A stretch of DNA of 64,000 nucleotides from Chara braunii (GCA_003427395.1 BFEA01000011.1:1135912-1199911); one strand, 5' to 3'. Positions 27,091-40,194 are shown, counted from the first letter of the stretch. Notes: generated by a model not told the origin, from the sequence alone. Program-made: numbers and translations.

Positions 27091-27491
27091 GTGCTCTCGC
27101 TGCGAACGCCCCACTATTTTATTTATTTATTTATAATTTTTTCTTTTTTTGAGGGGGGGGTCTGGAGCCGGGGTGGGAGTGCCCACCCCCGGACCCCTGC
27201 ACCCCCACCGGGGCCCTGGGGCCGGGGCCCGACAACCCTGGTGCTGGTACTTGCGGCATTTGGTGCCGGAGGCCCGCTGTTAATTTTTTGAGACCCACAG
27301 GGCGAGCTTTTATTTGTTCATGGACCATTCGGTGGAGTGGCTGCGACGTGGGATCGTCTAGGGCTGATTTTGGGACTAGGTGGAACTGATTTTTTATCGA
27401 GACGAGCATGTTTACGTGAGTGGACATGGTGATCGGACGAGGGTTGGACTTGCGGTTAAATTGGGACTGTCCTTGGGAGAAGTGGTACCGT

Positions 27492-30400
27492 TGTGAGGAA
27501 ACCCGGGGAGGGGCTCCTACCGTTCGCTGAAGCCAAGGGCTACAGCGTCTGTCACCCACTGCGCCCGCTTCCGAGGTCCTCAGCGACTGGCAGGGTGTCT
27601 AGGTTTGTCCAGTCTGTCACGCGTCCTCTCAGGGATGTTGCGGGGCGCAGGCCCCGCGAACCAAAACAAGACTTTTCACAGTGTTCAGCGAGAGTGACCA
27701 TGAATTAAATCTAGAGCCGATTCACCAAGATCACAAGAGTGGAGCGAGTCAAACAAACCTTTGTTCTCAGGGAGCAGCATGAGCAACGCCAAGCCAAACA
27801 TAGCCTAATTAGCTGTGAGCAGCAAGACTAACCGAGAGTCAATTCCAGGTCTGATTCATCGGGGACCTCAAAAGTACGACATGAGTAGCAACCAGTCAAA
27901 CAAGGCTCTGTTCACAGTAACTGTTGTGGATATTTACACTAAAACATAAGTTGATTTCCTGTGTACTCTCTCTGGCCCTTTCTTTGTCTCGGTTCGTTTT
28001 CCCAGTACTCGATGACTGATGAGTTTGACCACCGTATGAGCACACTCGGCTCTCCCACTCAATGTTCAGAAATGCAAGGACACTCCGTGTGCGCAATTTT
28101 CGAGGATCGTCGATTCTGATCAGCAACTTTCAGACGAAGAGCAGCACCTTCAACTCGGCGAGGAGAAGATAAGGAATAGTAGAAAACGAAAAAAAAAAGT
28201 TTTCAAAGAAAAATTTTTAATTCACGATTGTTCTTTCCCATCCAGTGGTAGAACAGGACAACATGAATCCAGAAGCTATGGTAAATCCCGAAATTAGGCA
28301 CTTGATTACCTCTGGAATAACTCCAACAAGGAGCCCTGACATCACTTTCCCGCCGAATCACAGCGAGGCCACATTTGAATGGGCTTCGCGCGTCATTAAC
28401 AAACGTTTGGACACCCATTCACCTGATCATCGCTGGACTAAGAAGTCTCGCCTGGGAAAGAACTCCTGGTTCGCGTTATTATCCCCTCATCAGGGGCAAT
28501 ATGGTCATTGTTTCCACTCACCGAATAACAAATCTCGTCAACAATCGAATGTAGCTATCGCTTTCACTCACGTGTCTGTTGATTCCACTAAGAGTATGGC
28601 AGATCCGTTCAACTGTGTCTTCTCTTCACCGAAGATGGCTCCTCCCATTACCAGGGATCAGGATTTTGTTCAGCATTGGCGGAAGGCTTTTCCCCTCACT
28701 AGCGGTTGCGGCTTGTTCACCTTCCAGTAGCAACGACGAATCCCGTTTCAGGGAGCAATGGCTGGTCCCTCTGCCGACAATTCCTGATAATAATGATCTT
28801 CGTTTCTCTCCATAATGACCATTCTCGATGTCATCGACAACAACTCTCAATCAGCCACCGCAATAATGTTCTCTGCTTAGTGCAGTAATGATTGTCCTTG
28901 CCACCTGCGGGAATAACTCGCTATCAGTCGTGGTAATGGCAAACCCTGTTCTATGCGGTAATGACTGGTCTCTCAGCCTCCGTTTGCAAAAGACAGAGGC
29001 CCTCTAGCGGCTGTGATAGTGACGACCTCGGTTTCATGTGAGGATGGCTGGATTTGTCAGCAGCGAGCACGAATGCATCTTCCCCCTACATGCCACCGAC
29101 ATGGGCTTGCCCCCACCTCGACTCTCTCCTGCTCATCTCCATTCAGTTCCCTCTGTCTCTGCTAACACCCATGCCAGCGCTGCGCACGTCTGACTCTTGT
29201 ACTGTTCTCCCTCTTCTCTCTCTTTTGTCACCCGCTCTCCCATTCGGGCTTAAGCTTGTACCCGCGGAATCCGTGCACGTTGTCTCTCCCTTGAGTTCTC
29301 TGTCTCTCCGCCAGTCCCAGCTTCTCTGATCTCCTGCGTCCCCCTGACTTCCCTTCACGAACGCCAACTGTGCATGCCAGTTTCCAGTCCTGCCCTCAGC
29401 TCGTTCACCTAGCGTGTTCCGAACCCAGTATGGGCGGTGTACACCTGGCCCACCTCGAGAGCTCTCCCCTCATCCGAATGAATCCATTCCCTTTTCTCCT
29501 GCTGCTGTCCGCGCGCGTTCACTTGTACCCGTTCACGCGTACCCAGCTTGTTGACCCTGCCTTCATCGAATCGGGATGTGGGCTGGGTACGCCTTGCATA
29601 CCGTCCCCGCCTCCTCTTGCTGTTCAGGCTATATCCCCTCTGCCTCAGGAGACTGTCACCCTAGTACCTTCCGAAAAGAGCCTAAGGCTCAAACAGGCCT
29701 ATCAGTCCTATAGGCCCCTAGAGGACCAGGGTACGAGAATAACACCTTCGTCGTGCAGCGCGGCCCCCAAAGAGCGTCGAAGCCCAGGAACAGTCCAAGT
29801 ACCGAGCCATAAATTTCAGAGTTTCCATAAACCATCCCAGTTCCCATAATTCCTGAATTTTAAATTTTTAGCACAGTGTGACCACTGTTTCCGGTCTCTG
29901 ATCAGGTGCCGCACTAGGCTGTACCGGATACCGCATTCGAATAATAGGATTAGTCCACCGTATGCCGCCTTTATTGCTATAGTTATACCGAACCAGTAAA
30001 CATAAAAAGGCAGTACTCAGCAGAACCAGTCACCATATGACAGCCATCTCGACGGCCGCCTCAATTATCTCAACTTCGAATTACCATAGCCTGCGTCAAA
30101 GATGTTCCGGGGGTCATACCGTACCAGTGCGGAATACCACCTTGCCGAATATCATACAAGGCGATCAGGCCGGAATGTTGCCGAACCTGAAGTACCTATT
30201 CGGGGCCGTAGCAGTTTATGTTGTACCAATACCACACCTGAAATAAGCCTTCGGAGTTGCTGTAGCTCATATCGATTCCGCTCCTATCCAATGCCAAATA
30301 CCGCACAATGCAGCAATGTCGTAACAGTACCCAACCCGTCCCGAACCAAAGTGTCGTGTCGAACCAGAAGTAGCCACTTGAAACAAACATTCTGAGTCGC

Positions 30401-31442
30401 CAATACCGAACCTGAAAGTGATGAAGTGATGCGTACCATACCGATGCCAGATACAGTACAAAGCAGAATCACCATGGTAGAACTGAACCTGTTTTGAACC
30501 AGCGTACCGTGCCCGATCCGAACCTGAAAATGATGCAGCGGCGCATTCCACAACGATGCCGAACCAATATCGAACCTGGAATATGTCAAGTGTCTAGCCG
30601 ATACCGAGCCTTAAATAAGCCATAGTCATAGAATGTCGCAATCTCGTAATAGTACCGAACGAATGTAAACACCTTACCGCACCTGTTCCAAACCTGAGAA
30701 CTAGAGCTAGGCTGCTTTACCATGTCAACGCCGAACCGTGCAGCCATGTCGTGACAGTTCCGAGCCTGTTCCGAACCAGCGACCGCACTAAGAATAATAA
30801 AGTCATACGGCTCATCTCAAAATATCACCAGCTCGCAAGACCGCGCCGACCATCCATCCCGCACTCACTCGTAGCACACAGGACGCGGCGAGGCTTAGCA
30901 ATCAGGTGAGTCAAGTAAGTCAAGCAGGTAATCTCAATTATCGAGAAATAGAGAAAATTGTCAGAATCAGGGTACATAAACAATCCGGGACTAAAACCCA
31001 TCGCAAATAAATCAAGTAAAATTTAATTAAATATTAGGCAATCGTTCGTTTTCTTCCCTTTTATTCTTTTTAATCATTTTTCTTATTTTTTAATCCTATT
31101 ATCAAAAATAATAAAAAATAAAAAGAATTTCATCAAAATGAATCCCGACAGAACTCAATCAAATATCAATTTTTTTCAGTTTTTTTTTTCTTTTATTGTT
31201 TTTGATTCTTTTCCTTATTTTTAATTCTATTGCCGGGAAATTCAAATTATGAGGACGGTCCCATTAAAATTAAATGCCGAAGAAATAAAGTAATTAAAGA
31301 ATATCTCATTTTCTCTTCTTTTTTTTTGTTTTTAATTCCTTTTTCCATTTTTAATTTTGATATTAAAATTAATGATATCTGAGGCCCCATTCCCACGCCA
31401 GTTGTGGGACGTAAAAAAACCATTCCAAGGCCTACTCTCACA
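27492..31442 (-). mobile_element. 3' LTR (~3.95 kb) of gypsy element C
   Basis: On the minus strand it starts TGTGAG at 31442 right after a purine-rich tract and ends CTCACA at 27492 (6-bp terminal inverted repeat); its last 280 bp match 1-283. Confidence 0.8.
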
Positions 31443-31458
31443 TTGTCGTCCCCCGACC
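31443..31458 (-). promoter_or_regulatory. Polypurine tract of element C
   Basis: Minus strand GGTCGGGGGACGACAA immediately before TGTGAG. Confidence 0.6.
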
Positions 31459-31759
31459 AACCATTCCGGAGATAGGCTTGGAACGGCAGAAAAAAAAGTG
31501 GATGTCGGTGGGGTAGAAGAGAGTCCCTTTCGTCAAATTTGAGGGTTAGTCTCAGCAGTCGTCACATCCAATTTTAGGGGTGGCCTGAGTACCCCTAATT
31601 TTCCCCAACCAGTCGGACAAAAGTTTCGGCCAATTCTTTCTCATACAACTTTTCTAAGGGTTAATCTCCTAGCATTAGGGTGATCGACTGACCTTCGGTC
31701 GCCCGACAAACAAGCCCGGACCTCCTCTCGACGCCCTCGTCGAGCCCGTGTTGTTTCGG

Positions 31760-34700
31760 TCAGACGAATCGTACCAGATCTAAGTGGACTACGTGCGCAC
31801 GACGCGTATGTTTCCACTTCTTTGTCTGGCGCTTGGGTTTCTCAGGAATTCTGGGACTTAGAGGGTGTTTTTTCCCTTTCTTATGTCGCAGCCGTTTGGG
31901 CTTTGATACAGGAGTATCCCTTCTCTTCTTCCTTCGTTGGAGTGGTCGTGCACCAATTGTGTCACCTCTTCTAATGCGGACTCTGCGCTTAGGTCTTTGT
32001 AGAACAAAGACCCATTTCCTTTTCCTACCTAGCGTTAAGCCCTTCACTTTTCTTGTCCCTAGTCTCTTTCTCTTCCTCGAACTCTCACCTACCTCGAACC
32101 GTCTCGACGGTCCTTCGTCTGCCGCCTTAGCTTTTCCTTTTCCTCTAGCGTCTGATAGCGTTGGCGCAAGAGTAGGAGTCTCTTTTGGCCTAAACAGCTT
32201 CAGTCTAGCCCCAACCACGTGATCTTTCCACCTACTTCCGTCTTACTCCGCGATCATATAAGCTCCCCAGCTCAGCGCGCCGACAACGCGGTAAGGTCCC
32301 ATCCATCTGTTAGCCAGTTTTCCTGTCCATGTCCTCTCTAGTGCCGCGTCGTAGAGGAGCACCATATCACCGACTTTAATCTTTTCTTTTCTGATTCTGA
32401 CATCTTGATCCCATCTCACTTTGCCTTTCTCTCTTTCCACCGCCAGTCGATTAGCCGCAGTCATGAGATTATCCTCTAGTTCGTAAGCTATCTGTCTAGT
32501 CCTAGCTACCAGTAACTCTTCTTGTGTCATATTATCTGCCTAGTCAATTGTAGTCCAACTACCAACGTGAAACTCTATGGGTAGAGGACAGTGCCTTCCA
32601 AACCATAGAGTGTATGGTGGGTACCCTGTGCTGGCTCGAACTGTGACATTGTCCGCCCAAATCACATACCGAAAATATTTCGGTCAGTCACTATCCCTTC
32701 CTCGACACCACTTGGACAGAGATGCTATCAATCACTGGTGGCCTCGCTCTACGGGCGCATTGGACTGAGGGTGATAGGCAGTAGCTATTGATACTCTAGC
32801 TCCCGCTTTCTTGAATACGCTCTGGACCTCATATGCTAAGAACTCCGCTCCTCTTCCCATCACAATCTTACTGAGACACCCATATCTAGACAGATATTCC
32901 AGGACGAAGTTCTTGACTTCTTTTGTGGCCTTTGTTCTGATAGGCTTTCCGTCGACAAACCCCGTAAAGTCATCTCTGATGTTCACTACATAATTCATGT
33001 TCCCCACACCCTTCGGCATTTTCACCAGATCAATATGTACTTTCTCTCCAGGTCCAGTGGGATATGAAGGATGAAGTGGCTCCTTATATCTGATAAGGGA
33101 TCTCTTCTGACAATCCTCACAAGTCTCGCAGTACTTTTCGACAACCTTGTACTTTCCTTCCCACCAGTATAGTCTGCGAACCTTCTCATGCGTCCTTTTT
33201 ACTCCTCTGTGTCCCCCAACTACACCGTCATGTACCTTTGCTACTATGGACTGCTTCTCCTCCGGTTCACAGATCACCCGAAGAGGCATCCCCGCTCCCA
33301 CAGGTCGGTGGAACAGATGCCCAACTCTAAGGCAATACTGCGCTGCCTGTCTTCTAATCTTCGAATCGGAGCTCTCCTCTCTTGACAAATGCAGTCCTAT
33401 ACTGCGGTACTTACCTCCATAGAGATTGACTAGGAAGCGATCCGCTCGTCTAGGCTCAGTCATAGTGAGTGCAACAACTGCTATCGGTCGCTCCGCCTCA
33501 ATCGGAATTCATGAAAGTCCGCCGGCTACAGCGTTCTTTGTTCCTGAGATCCTTTCCACAGTATAATTGTAAAGTCGGATCCTGATCAGCCAACGCGCAA
33601 TCGTAGGATCCGTTAGACTGAAGTCCTTCTGTAAGACTGACGCTAGAGCTGTTGGGTCTAACCGAAGAACGAATCGTCTTCCGTATATGTAATGCCTAAA
33701 GGTGTCTAAACACCGTAGGACAGCTAAAACCTCCTTCTTAAACTGATTTTAGTTGCGTTCAACAGTGTTGAGCGTCCGAATTTCGAATCTCAGCGGTCTC
33801 TCCTTACCTTCGGCGTCCTTCTTAGAAAGTAATCCTCCAACCCGAACACGACCCAACATCCGTGGATACTATGAATGGCCTATTAGTCTCGTCCTCGAAA
33901 AATGGTACGCTTGGGATTCTTCCTCCCTCTTTAAATTCTTCCTTAAGGGTTTGTACCTCAAGCTCCTGTGGAGAATCCCAACAAAATCTTTTCGTCTTCC
34001 TGAGCAGATAGCACTATGAAGACGAAAAGATTGCACTATGAATGGCCTATTGCATGAGTGTTAGATGCCTATCTCTCGGATCTTGCGGTATCTCATCATA
34101 CCCAGAAAATAAATCGCAGACAGAATAAATAGATTTGCCTGTTGCTCCTTCTGCTAAGAGATCAACGTGCGGTATGGAGCGTACATCTCGAATAGTCACA
34201 ACATTGACCTTCTTGAGGTCTTGAATCCACCGAATCTTCCCATTAGGCTTCCTTTAGAAGAACCATCTATTCGCTTATGCGCTATCAGATGGCTCTGCTA
34301 CATGTGACGTAATCTTCTCCTTGAGAAAGGAGATCACTTCTTCCTTCTCTTTCTGAGCAAACTTTCACCCTGCGTCATTCCATGAAGTATGCGGAATCGT
34401 GTAGATTCTAGCAGGCTTAGCATACCTAGGATCAATCCTTCCCCTTTCCGCATCACTAAAAGCTACAGCCTTGTCGCAGGTCTTAAGAACTTCCAGCACG
34501 CGTGCCTTCTCTTGCTCGGTCAAATTCCCATTTCCTATGTCCATCTCCGCTATCCTCTTTTCTGTCAGCTGTTGTGGCTCCTTTTTCTTCTTCTCTTTAA
34601 TCTCCCTAGTGATCTCTTCATCATACACACTATCTAATTCGGATCGCTCTCGAGCTACTGCCGCCGGCTTAACTTTCTGAGCTACTGTCTTGTGTCTTTT

Positions 34701-35935
34701 TGGTCGTCCCCCGTAGGGTGCTATGCCCTTAAAAAAAACACAGAGATCATTCCTCCGAATTCCTCATCTTCGGCCTTAGGAAAGGAGTTTCCTACCACAC
34801 GGACTCGATCGCCTAAGTCTTCAATCTCTACTATGCGCCCTTTTTCTTCCGTAAGTAACGGTCCATACTTCTTTTCGCGAAAGTTCAAGGAGCGACTCGC
34901 AAGGGTGACCGGCTTGCGGTTCCCTGCTGCGAGAACCACCCTGTTCCTCGGATCACGAGGCTCTACCGTCTCCATCATAATCCGCCCACCATCTGGACGT
35001 TTGATGGAAAGCATCAGGCTTCCATCCGGTCGCTCTATAGTAACTGCATGAACATGGCTTAACCATGTCCGCCCCAATAGTAACTCCGAGCTGCAATCTC
35101 GGACTGCGAACACAGGCATCAACACTCTCAATCCTTCGACCTCGATCGCCGCCTTGTGACAGCCCCCGGAGACTTTCTGCTTTCTTCCATCAGTTGTTTC
35201 TATCTTGAACTGGTATGACCTGTGGAGGTCCAGTCCCAATCGCACAACAAGCTCCTCATCTATGATGACAGCCTCGCTGCCATTATCAATTACAACATGA
35301 AGGACTACATCGACATTGAGTGTAGTCTGTACTGTCCCACTGCCTAGAATATAAAACTTGTCAGGAGGCACACCCTCCATTCCATCTAAGAACACTGTCG
35401 CTGCACGTTCCGCCTTAGCTACCACACCCGATACCGCTACAGAGGATAGTGCCTCATGTTTGGAAGGCATATGGACTTCATCGCTTAGAGGAATGCGCGT
35501 CTTTCATGTGATCATCTGCAACTCATCTCGCGCAGGTCTCGAGGCTGTCAAATACTCAAGTATCGTGCATTGCATTGGATGCCTAAGTGCGCGCCTGAGA
35601 GGCTCGACCGTGTCTATATCATCCAGAGTACTCTTCATTGTGAACTTTCTGGCTCCGCGCTTGCGCGGTGAGAGTATAACTTTCTCTCCTTCTATCCTCT
35701 GCTCATCCTTCTCTGTCATCACATAATCAGTGTCAGCCTTCTTAGAGGAGGACGCCCTTGCGGACGTAGTCGCCGCCACTCGTATAGGTGTCATCGAAGC
35801 CTCCTCATCAGAAGGAAGGCCCAACCTCATACTCTGGCTCCTTGCGACTCCCTTACCCTTACTTGGTTGTACCCGTCTGACTTCAACGTTCTCCTCCATC
35901 GAAGGGAACATCGATACATCGCCAAGGTTATCCAC
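31760..35935 (-). pseudogene. pol: Ty3/gypsy pol of element C: protease, RT (C-terminal half deleted), RNase H, integrase, basic tail
   Basis: VVIDNGSEAVII...LLLGRTWL; KPNGKIRWIQDLKKVN...CDLFSGYDEIP; RPLRFE...KEVLAVL; HDGVVGGH...CEDCQ, HIDL...RDDFT...YHPQSNAPVERGH; RWMGPYRV. No YxDD remains. Confidence 0.95.
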
Positions 35936-37825
35936 ACACTTGACGTACTTCCGATCATCAAGTACGACAAGTCCTTCATCTATTGCTCGCCAGAGGTCAG
36001 GGCAGTCCCTCTTTATGTGATCGTCAACCCTGCAATAGATACAAAAGTTTCTAAGAGTAGGGGGTCGCTCCTCCGCACTCCTAATAGCAGGCCGTCTAGC
36101 GTCCTGGTTAGAAGGTCCAGGAGATTTTGGATAGTTTGGGGACTTCGGGTAACTAGGCGACGCATGATATCCCCCTCGTTCGTACTCTCCGCGTGGTTGT
36201 TCCCTGCGACTTCCACCTCTTTCTGTCCGCTCATAACCACCGTAATATCCGTCACGGCGGTCCCTATCTGATTCCCATCGGTCGTGGGGGTCCTCTCTAT
36301 CCCTCGAATTGAAATTGCCCGGGCTCCGGTACCCTTCGGTGTTCCCTCCGTACTTGGGGCTGCGTGGGTACTGCTCAAATCTGCCCCCGCGACTAAAGGA
36401 GTCTCCTCCTCAATACCCGTCGCGTCGGCGATCTCTGTCTATGTCATCATCCCTTCGCCACCAGGTATCATCATCTCTCTCCCTCGCACGGTAATCCGCC
36501 TGTGTGCGAGGATTCCGATCCTCGACGCTCCTCCATGGGTCGGTGTTCCTATGGTCCCACGACAAAGAGTAGGGATACCCGGGCTTGTCCCGGTATGTAG
36601 TCGCCCCAGCCTTTGTCTCGAAATTAGCCATTTGCCTGGTCATTCCCTTCACCATCTCTCTTATCTCTCTCACCTCATCCATCATTGTTTCGCTGTCCCT
36701 CGACCGTTGTGGCCCGTCCCTGTCCATCAAATATCGCCGCTCTGCCCACCGCTGATCGTTAAAGTCTGGACACCTATCTGTCCCGTACTCCCGATAAAGG
36801 GAAAAGTCCCGACGCTGCATTCCCCTCCAGAGTAGATCCTTGTAATCATTAGCCTCAACCTTCATGGCCAATTTGAGCAAAGCGGTGAACTCTAACTTAT
36901 CGTGAGGTGTCTCTCTAAATACTGCCTTCTGTTTCCCTCTGGGTAGTCGTCCGAGAAAAATCGTGCACCTTTCGATTTCTGATTGCTTACCTCTCGCCAT
37001 AAGGGCATCAGAGACCTTCTAGAATCTCCTCCCAAATGCTTGGACACTCTCGTCCTCTCCCTGAGTCATCGCTTCTAAGTCTTGGATAAAATACTTGACG
37101 TCTTCCAGCTTAAAAAGTTCATAAAGGATGGCTTTGTATGTAGCCCATCTCCTATCCTTCGGTCGAGCTTCCTTTATAACTTGACTCAAACTCGGGTCTG
37201 TGTTGAACAAGAAATTGTCTATAATCTCGTCCTCCGACCACTGACTTCGGTAGGTATGCAACTCCCACTTTTCAAGGTATTCGGTAATACCGCATCCCTT
37301 GAAAACGGGAGGTCTGGTATCCAATTCTGAAGGCGGATGCGAGATGATGAACCTGTCTCTCGTCTCGTATGGCATGGAGTGCGATTCCCCCGTCTGAGGG
37401 TCAAAAATCTGTCTGGTCATCGCAACTCTCTCCCTATCTCTCCAAAGTTGCTCCCTAATGAACAGGTCCCTCCAGTGTTCTCTCCCTCGATCCTCTCGAT
37501 CGTCTCTTCGCTCATACGTGGGCGAGCGTCGAGTAATCGACTCTCTCCAAAAACTCGGCGGTTCGGTCTGACTCTCCACCCGTCCTACCGTAGCGGCTCT
37601 GTTTGGCTCCGGGACAACTGGATACTCCATTACCTCAGGCTCTTCGTCGTCCGGTTGTTCCATGCACCTCAAAGGGGCGTTTTGTCGGAGGCGCTCCTTG
37701 AGATCTTGCAGAGCACAGTCTGGTGATGCTCGGTACACAGCGGTCTGTTGTTCCTCGTCTAGACGCATTCCCATAGTATCAGATTCCATGTACTCAATCT
37801 CTTCCTCGACTGAATTTGTGGGCAT
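35936..37825 (-). pseudogene. gag: gag of element C with CCHC zinc knuckle
   Basis: ORFs 37825-37019 and 37000-36410 are in one frame across a premature TAG; PPVFKGCGITEYL and MTQGEDESVQAF capsid-type motifs; CIYCRVDDHIKRDC at 36043-36002. Confidence 0.9.
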
Positions 37826-37826
37826 C

Positions 37827-37901
37827 CCGGACCTGATGTCGAGACCGGCAGTCCGGACCTAATGTCAGAACCGCCAGCCCGGACCTAATGTCAGAATCAG
37901 C
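37827..37901 (-). repeat. Three 26-bp direct repeats directly upstream of the gag ATG
   Basis: CCGGACCT(G/A)ATGTC on the plus strand at 37827, 37853 and 37879. Confidence 0.85.
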
Positions 37902-37925
37902 TCTCGATCATCAAAGTACCTAACT

Positions 37926-38252
37926 CTAGTTCTCAACCGCTCCCAGTATCACTATCAATCTCCCACTCTCGTCTCGTATCTCGTGATTCCCCTCGACTCC
38001 CAGTATCCCAGTATCAAGGAAAAGTCGTCCTTCCTGTCTCTCTATACAGGCAATACCTCTCCTGACCTCCAACACTCCCGTCTCAGGACACCTGAATTCC
38101 CTACAAATCGCGCTCCGTATAGCGCGTAACTCCACACGACTACAAGCTCGCAACCACTCTCGCAGGTCAACAGATGTCCTCCTCTCCAGATCGCTCAACC
38201 CTTGCCGTACGACACCTGCCCCTGCTAACGGATACTCACCGCCTCTGGCCAT
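37926..38252 (-). CDS. Accessory ORF (108 aa from ATG, MARGGEYP...), unknown function
   Basis: Open frame, same sense as gag, ends 100 bp before the gag start. Confidence 0.5.
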   Translation of the reverse strand: MARGGEYPLAGAGVVRQGLSDLERRTSVDLREWLRACSRVELRAIRSAICREFRCPETGVLEVRRGIACIERQEGRLFLDTGILGVEGNHEIRDESGRLIVILGAVEN

Positions 38253-38366
38253 CAACCGCTTGACGCCGCAAGGCGCGTTCAATCACGGCGCCAAAGTTTA
38301 CTCTCTGCCCGATCCGATAAGGAATTGGAGATTTAAGATGGTCGAATCTCCGCTCATTCCATCATT

Positions 38367-38864
38367 TTATTCGTCCTTAGTTATCTTCTTGATCTTACCT
38401 TCAGTCCTAACTGTTCGAGCAAAATCGACTACCGCCTCCCATCCATTTTGCTCAAGTCCTCTATACGGAACAGGCGGTCTAGGCAGGCCGTCAAAAATCA
38501 TGATGTCGTTCCAGACCTCGACAATCTTCCCCAATCCTTCTAACCTCTTCTCCTCTTCTCTTAATGCTCACACTACCCTTCTCCAAGTTCTACCGTATAT
38601 GCAGAACTCCTCCCTCTCTCAGGGAAGATATATACCAACGTGGTATACTCCTAGATCACGAAACCGTATGGTCATAATATAGTATTGATTACGTTCAATC
38701 CCACTGTTCTGTACTCGATACTTAATCACTTCGTATGGGAAGACTTCACGCCTGCCAATCGCGCTTAACTCCCTAAGTACTCTCTCGTGCTCAGGCTCAT
38801 AAGGGTCACTCCAAACCCCAAATCTCCGTCTCCTCCTTGCTAGTTCCGCCTCCGGTAGTGACAT
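38367..38864 (-). pseudogene. Accessory ORF (~165 codons, two premature TGA)
   Basis: MSLPEAELARR...YLP*EREEFCIYGRTWRRVV*ALREEEKRLEGLG...KITKDE*; both internal stops fit CGA>TGA decay. Confidence 0.55.
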
Positions 38865-38879
38865 TTCTCATTCGCTCCC

Positions 38880-39377
38880 CTAACATTCCGCTACGATTAG
38901 TGCTAAAACCATCAAGACTCTGTCTGTGGATTCCTCCAAGAGCTCGTAGAACGTCTCGAAGTCGTTTATATCTCCAGAGTCTTCAATATCTGCTAAGGTC
39001 TTAAGATACCCACTCCAGTACTGGTTGTGTGCTTTAAAGATTCTAAGAACAGAACTTTCTACTATGATCTTTGCAAAATCTCCTGACACCTCCGTGTGAC
39101 TCCTTACGAGTTTCTCGGCCCTCCTAGGAGTCTCGCGCCACGCTCTACTCAAGGGCAGCCCATCGTAGGGGGACAGGCTCAATGAATAGTTGATCAAACG
39201 CGCGCTTTCCTCTCCTACCCAGAGACCGGTCACTCGCGCTTTCTGGACTGTGTCTCTAGTACACTCCACCTCTTCGTTCACGCTGAGTCTCTCTAGATGC
39301 ACCAATTGTATCACAAAACAAACGATTGGTCCTTTCGACCTCCCTACGACGTGCATAAAATATTTCTCAAGGCTCAT
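38880..39377 (-). CDS. Accessory ORF (165 aa), unknown function
   Basis: Intact ATG-to-TAG frame; start overlaps the upstream stop as ATGA at 39377-39374. Confidence 0.6.
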   Translation of the reverse strand: MSLEKYFMHVVGRSKGPIVCFVIQLVHLERLSVNEEVECTRDTVQKARVTGLWVGEESARLINYSLSLSPYDGLPLSRAWRETPRRAEKLVRSHTEVSGDFAKIIVESSVLRIFKAHNQYWSGYLKTLADIEDSGDINDFETFYELLEESTDRVLMVLALIVAEC

Positions 39378-39766
39378 TCTTTCTTTTCATTCTCCGTCGT
39401 CCCTTCAACATCCGTCCTTCTTCCCGACCTTGCAGTCTCTATCAACTCCTCTTTCCTTCCCGTTGACTCGAGCGATCCCTCATTACTATGATATCTCCTC
39501 TTGACGCTCTCTAAAAATTCTAGCCGCCATCTCCTGAAGAATCCTCTATCCTTTCTGAAAAACCTTTCCAACGTCTTCGACGCGCCTTCTATTCTACGCA
39601 ACTCACCCTTGCCCTTGTTGGGCCCGCTGTCTTGAATCTTGATACCAAGTTCCTTAATTCGTTCCGCCACTGGTTTTATGATTCGATCATCGACTCTCTT
39701 TTCCCTCTCTTCCAGATCTTTCATCACATGCGATCCATCTCCCTCTAAGCTTTGAGCGACTATCAC
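39374..39766 (-). CDS. Accessory ORF (~130 aa, highly charged, helical-looking)
   Basis: Open frame between two neighbouring accessory ORFs; start codon uncertain. Confidence 0.5.
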   Translation of the reverse strand: MIVAQSLEGDGSHVMKDLEEREKRVDDRIIKPVAERIKELGIKIQDSGPNKGKGELRRIEGASKTLERFFRKDRGFFRRWRLEFLESVKRRYHSNEGSLESTGRKEELIETARSGRRTDVEGTTENEKKE

Positions 39767-39798
39767 ATATTACTCTGAGCTTTTGTGGGCGTATCGTC

Positions 39799-40194
39799 TC
39801 AAATTATTTCTAAGCACACTTTTCCTTTAACGCACACGATCACCTCATATACCACCCAACTCTGCATTGTCAATTCCCTCAGCGCTCCTAGTCTCTGCTC
39901 CCGTAGGACATCCTCAACAAGTTCTTTGAACTCGCTGTCCGACAGTTCTTCTTCGACGCTCACCCTCAAGAGAATCTGTAGAGTTTCGTTGTCACACACT
40001 AACTGCCTTGAGACAACTCGAGCATATGGAAGTCGTCCCAGAGAAGAGAGGCGACTCGTCTCTCCTCCTCGAGTAGCCACTCGGGGATTCCTGTCGCTCT
40101 CACTCCTCCAGGAGTCGGATCCCCGGCGATCCCACCGGAGCGAATACGAAGCTCGGGGCCTATATCGATATAATTGTTGCTCGTGTTCTGTCAT
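39799..40194 (-). CDS. Accessory ORF (131 aa), unknown function
   Basis: Intact ATG-to-TGA frame starting 16 nt after the previous stop. Confidence 0.55.
   Translation of the reverse strand: MTEHEQQLYRYRPRASYSLRWDRRGSDSWRSESDRNPRVATRGGETSRLSSLGRLPYARVVSRQLVCDNETLQILLRVSVEEELSDSEFKELVEDVLREQRLGALRELTMQSWVVYEVIVCVKGKVCLEII

Noticed and set aside
30000-30790. ORFs over recurring CCGAACC motifs inside LTR C
   Set aside because: Degenerate short tandem repeats with stops in all frames and no recognisable protein.
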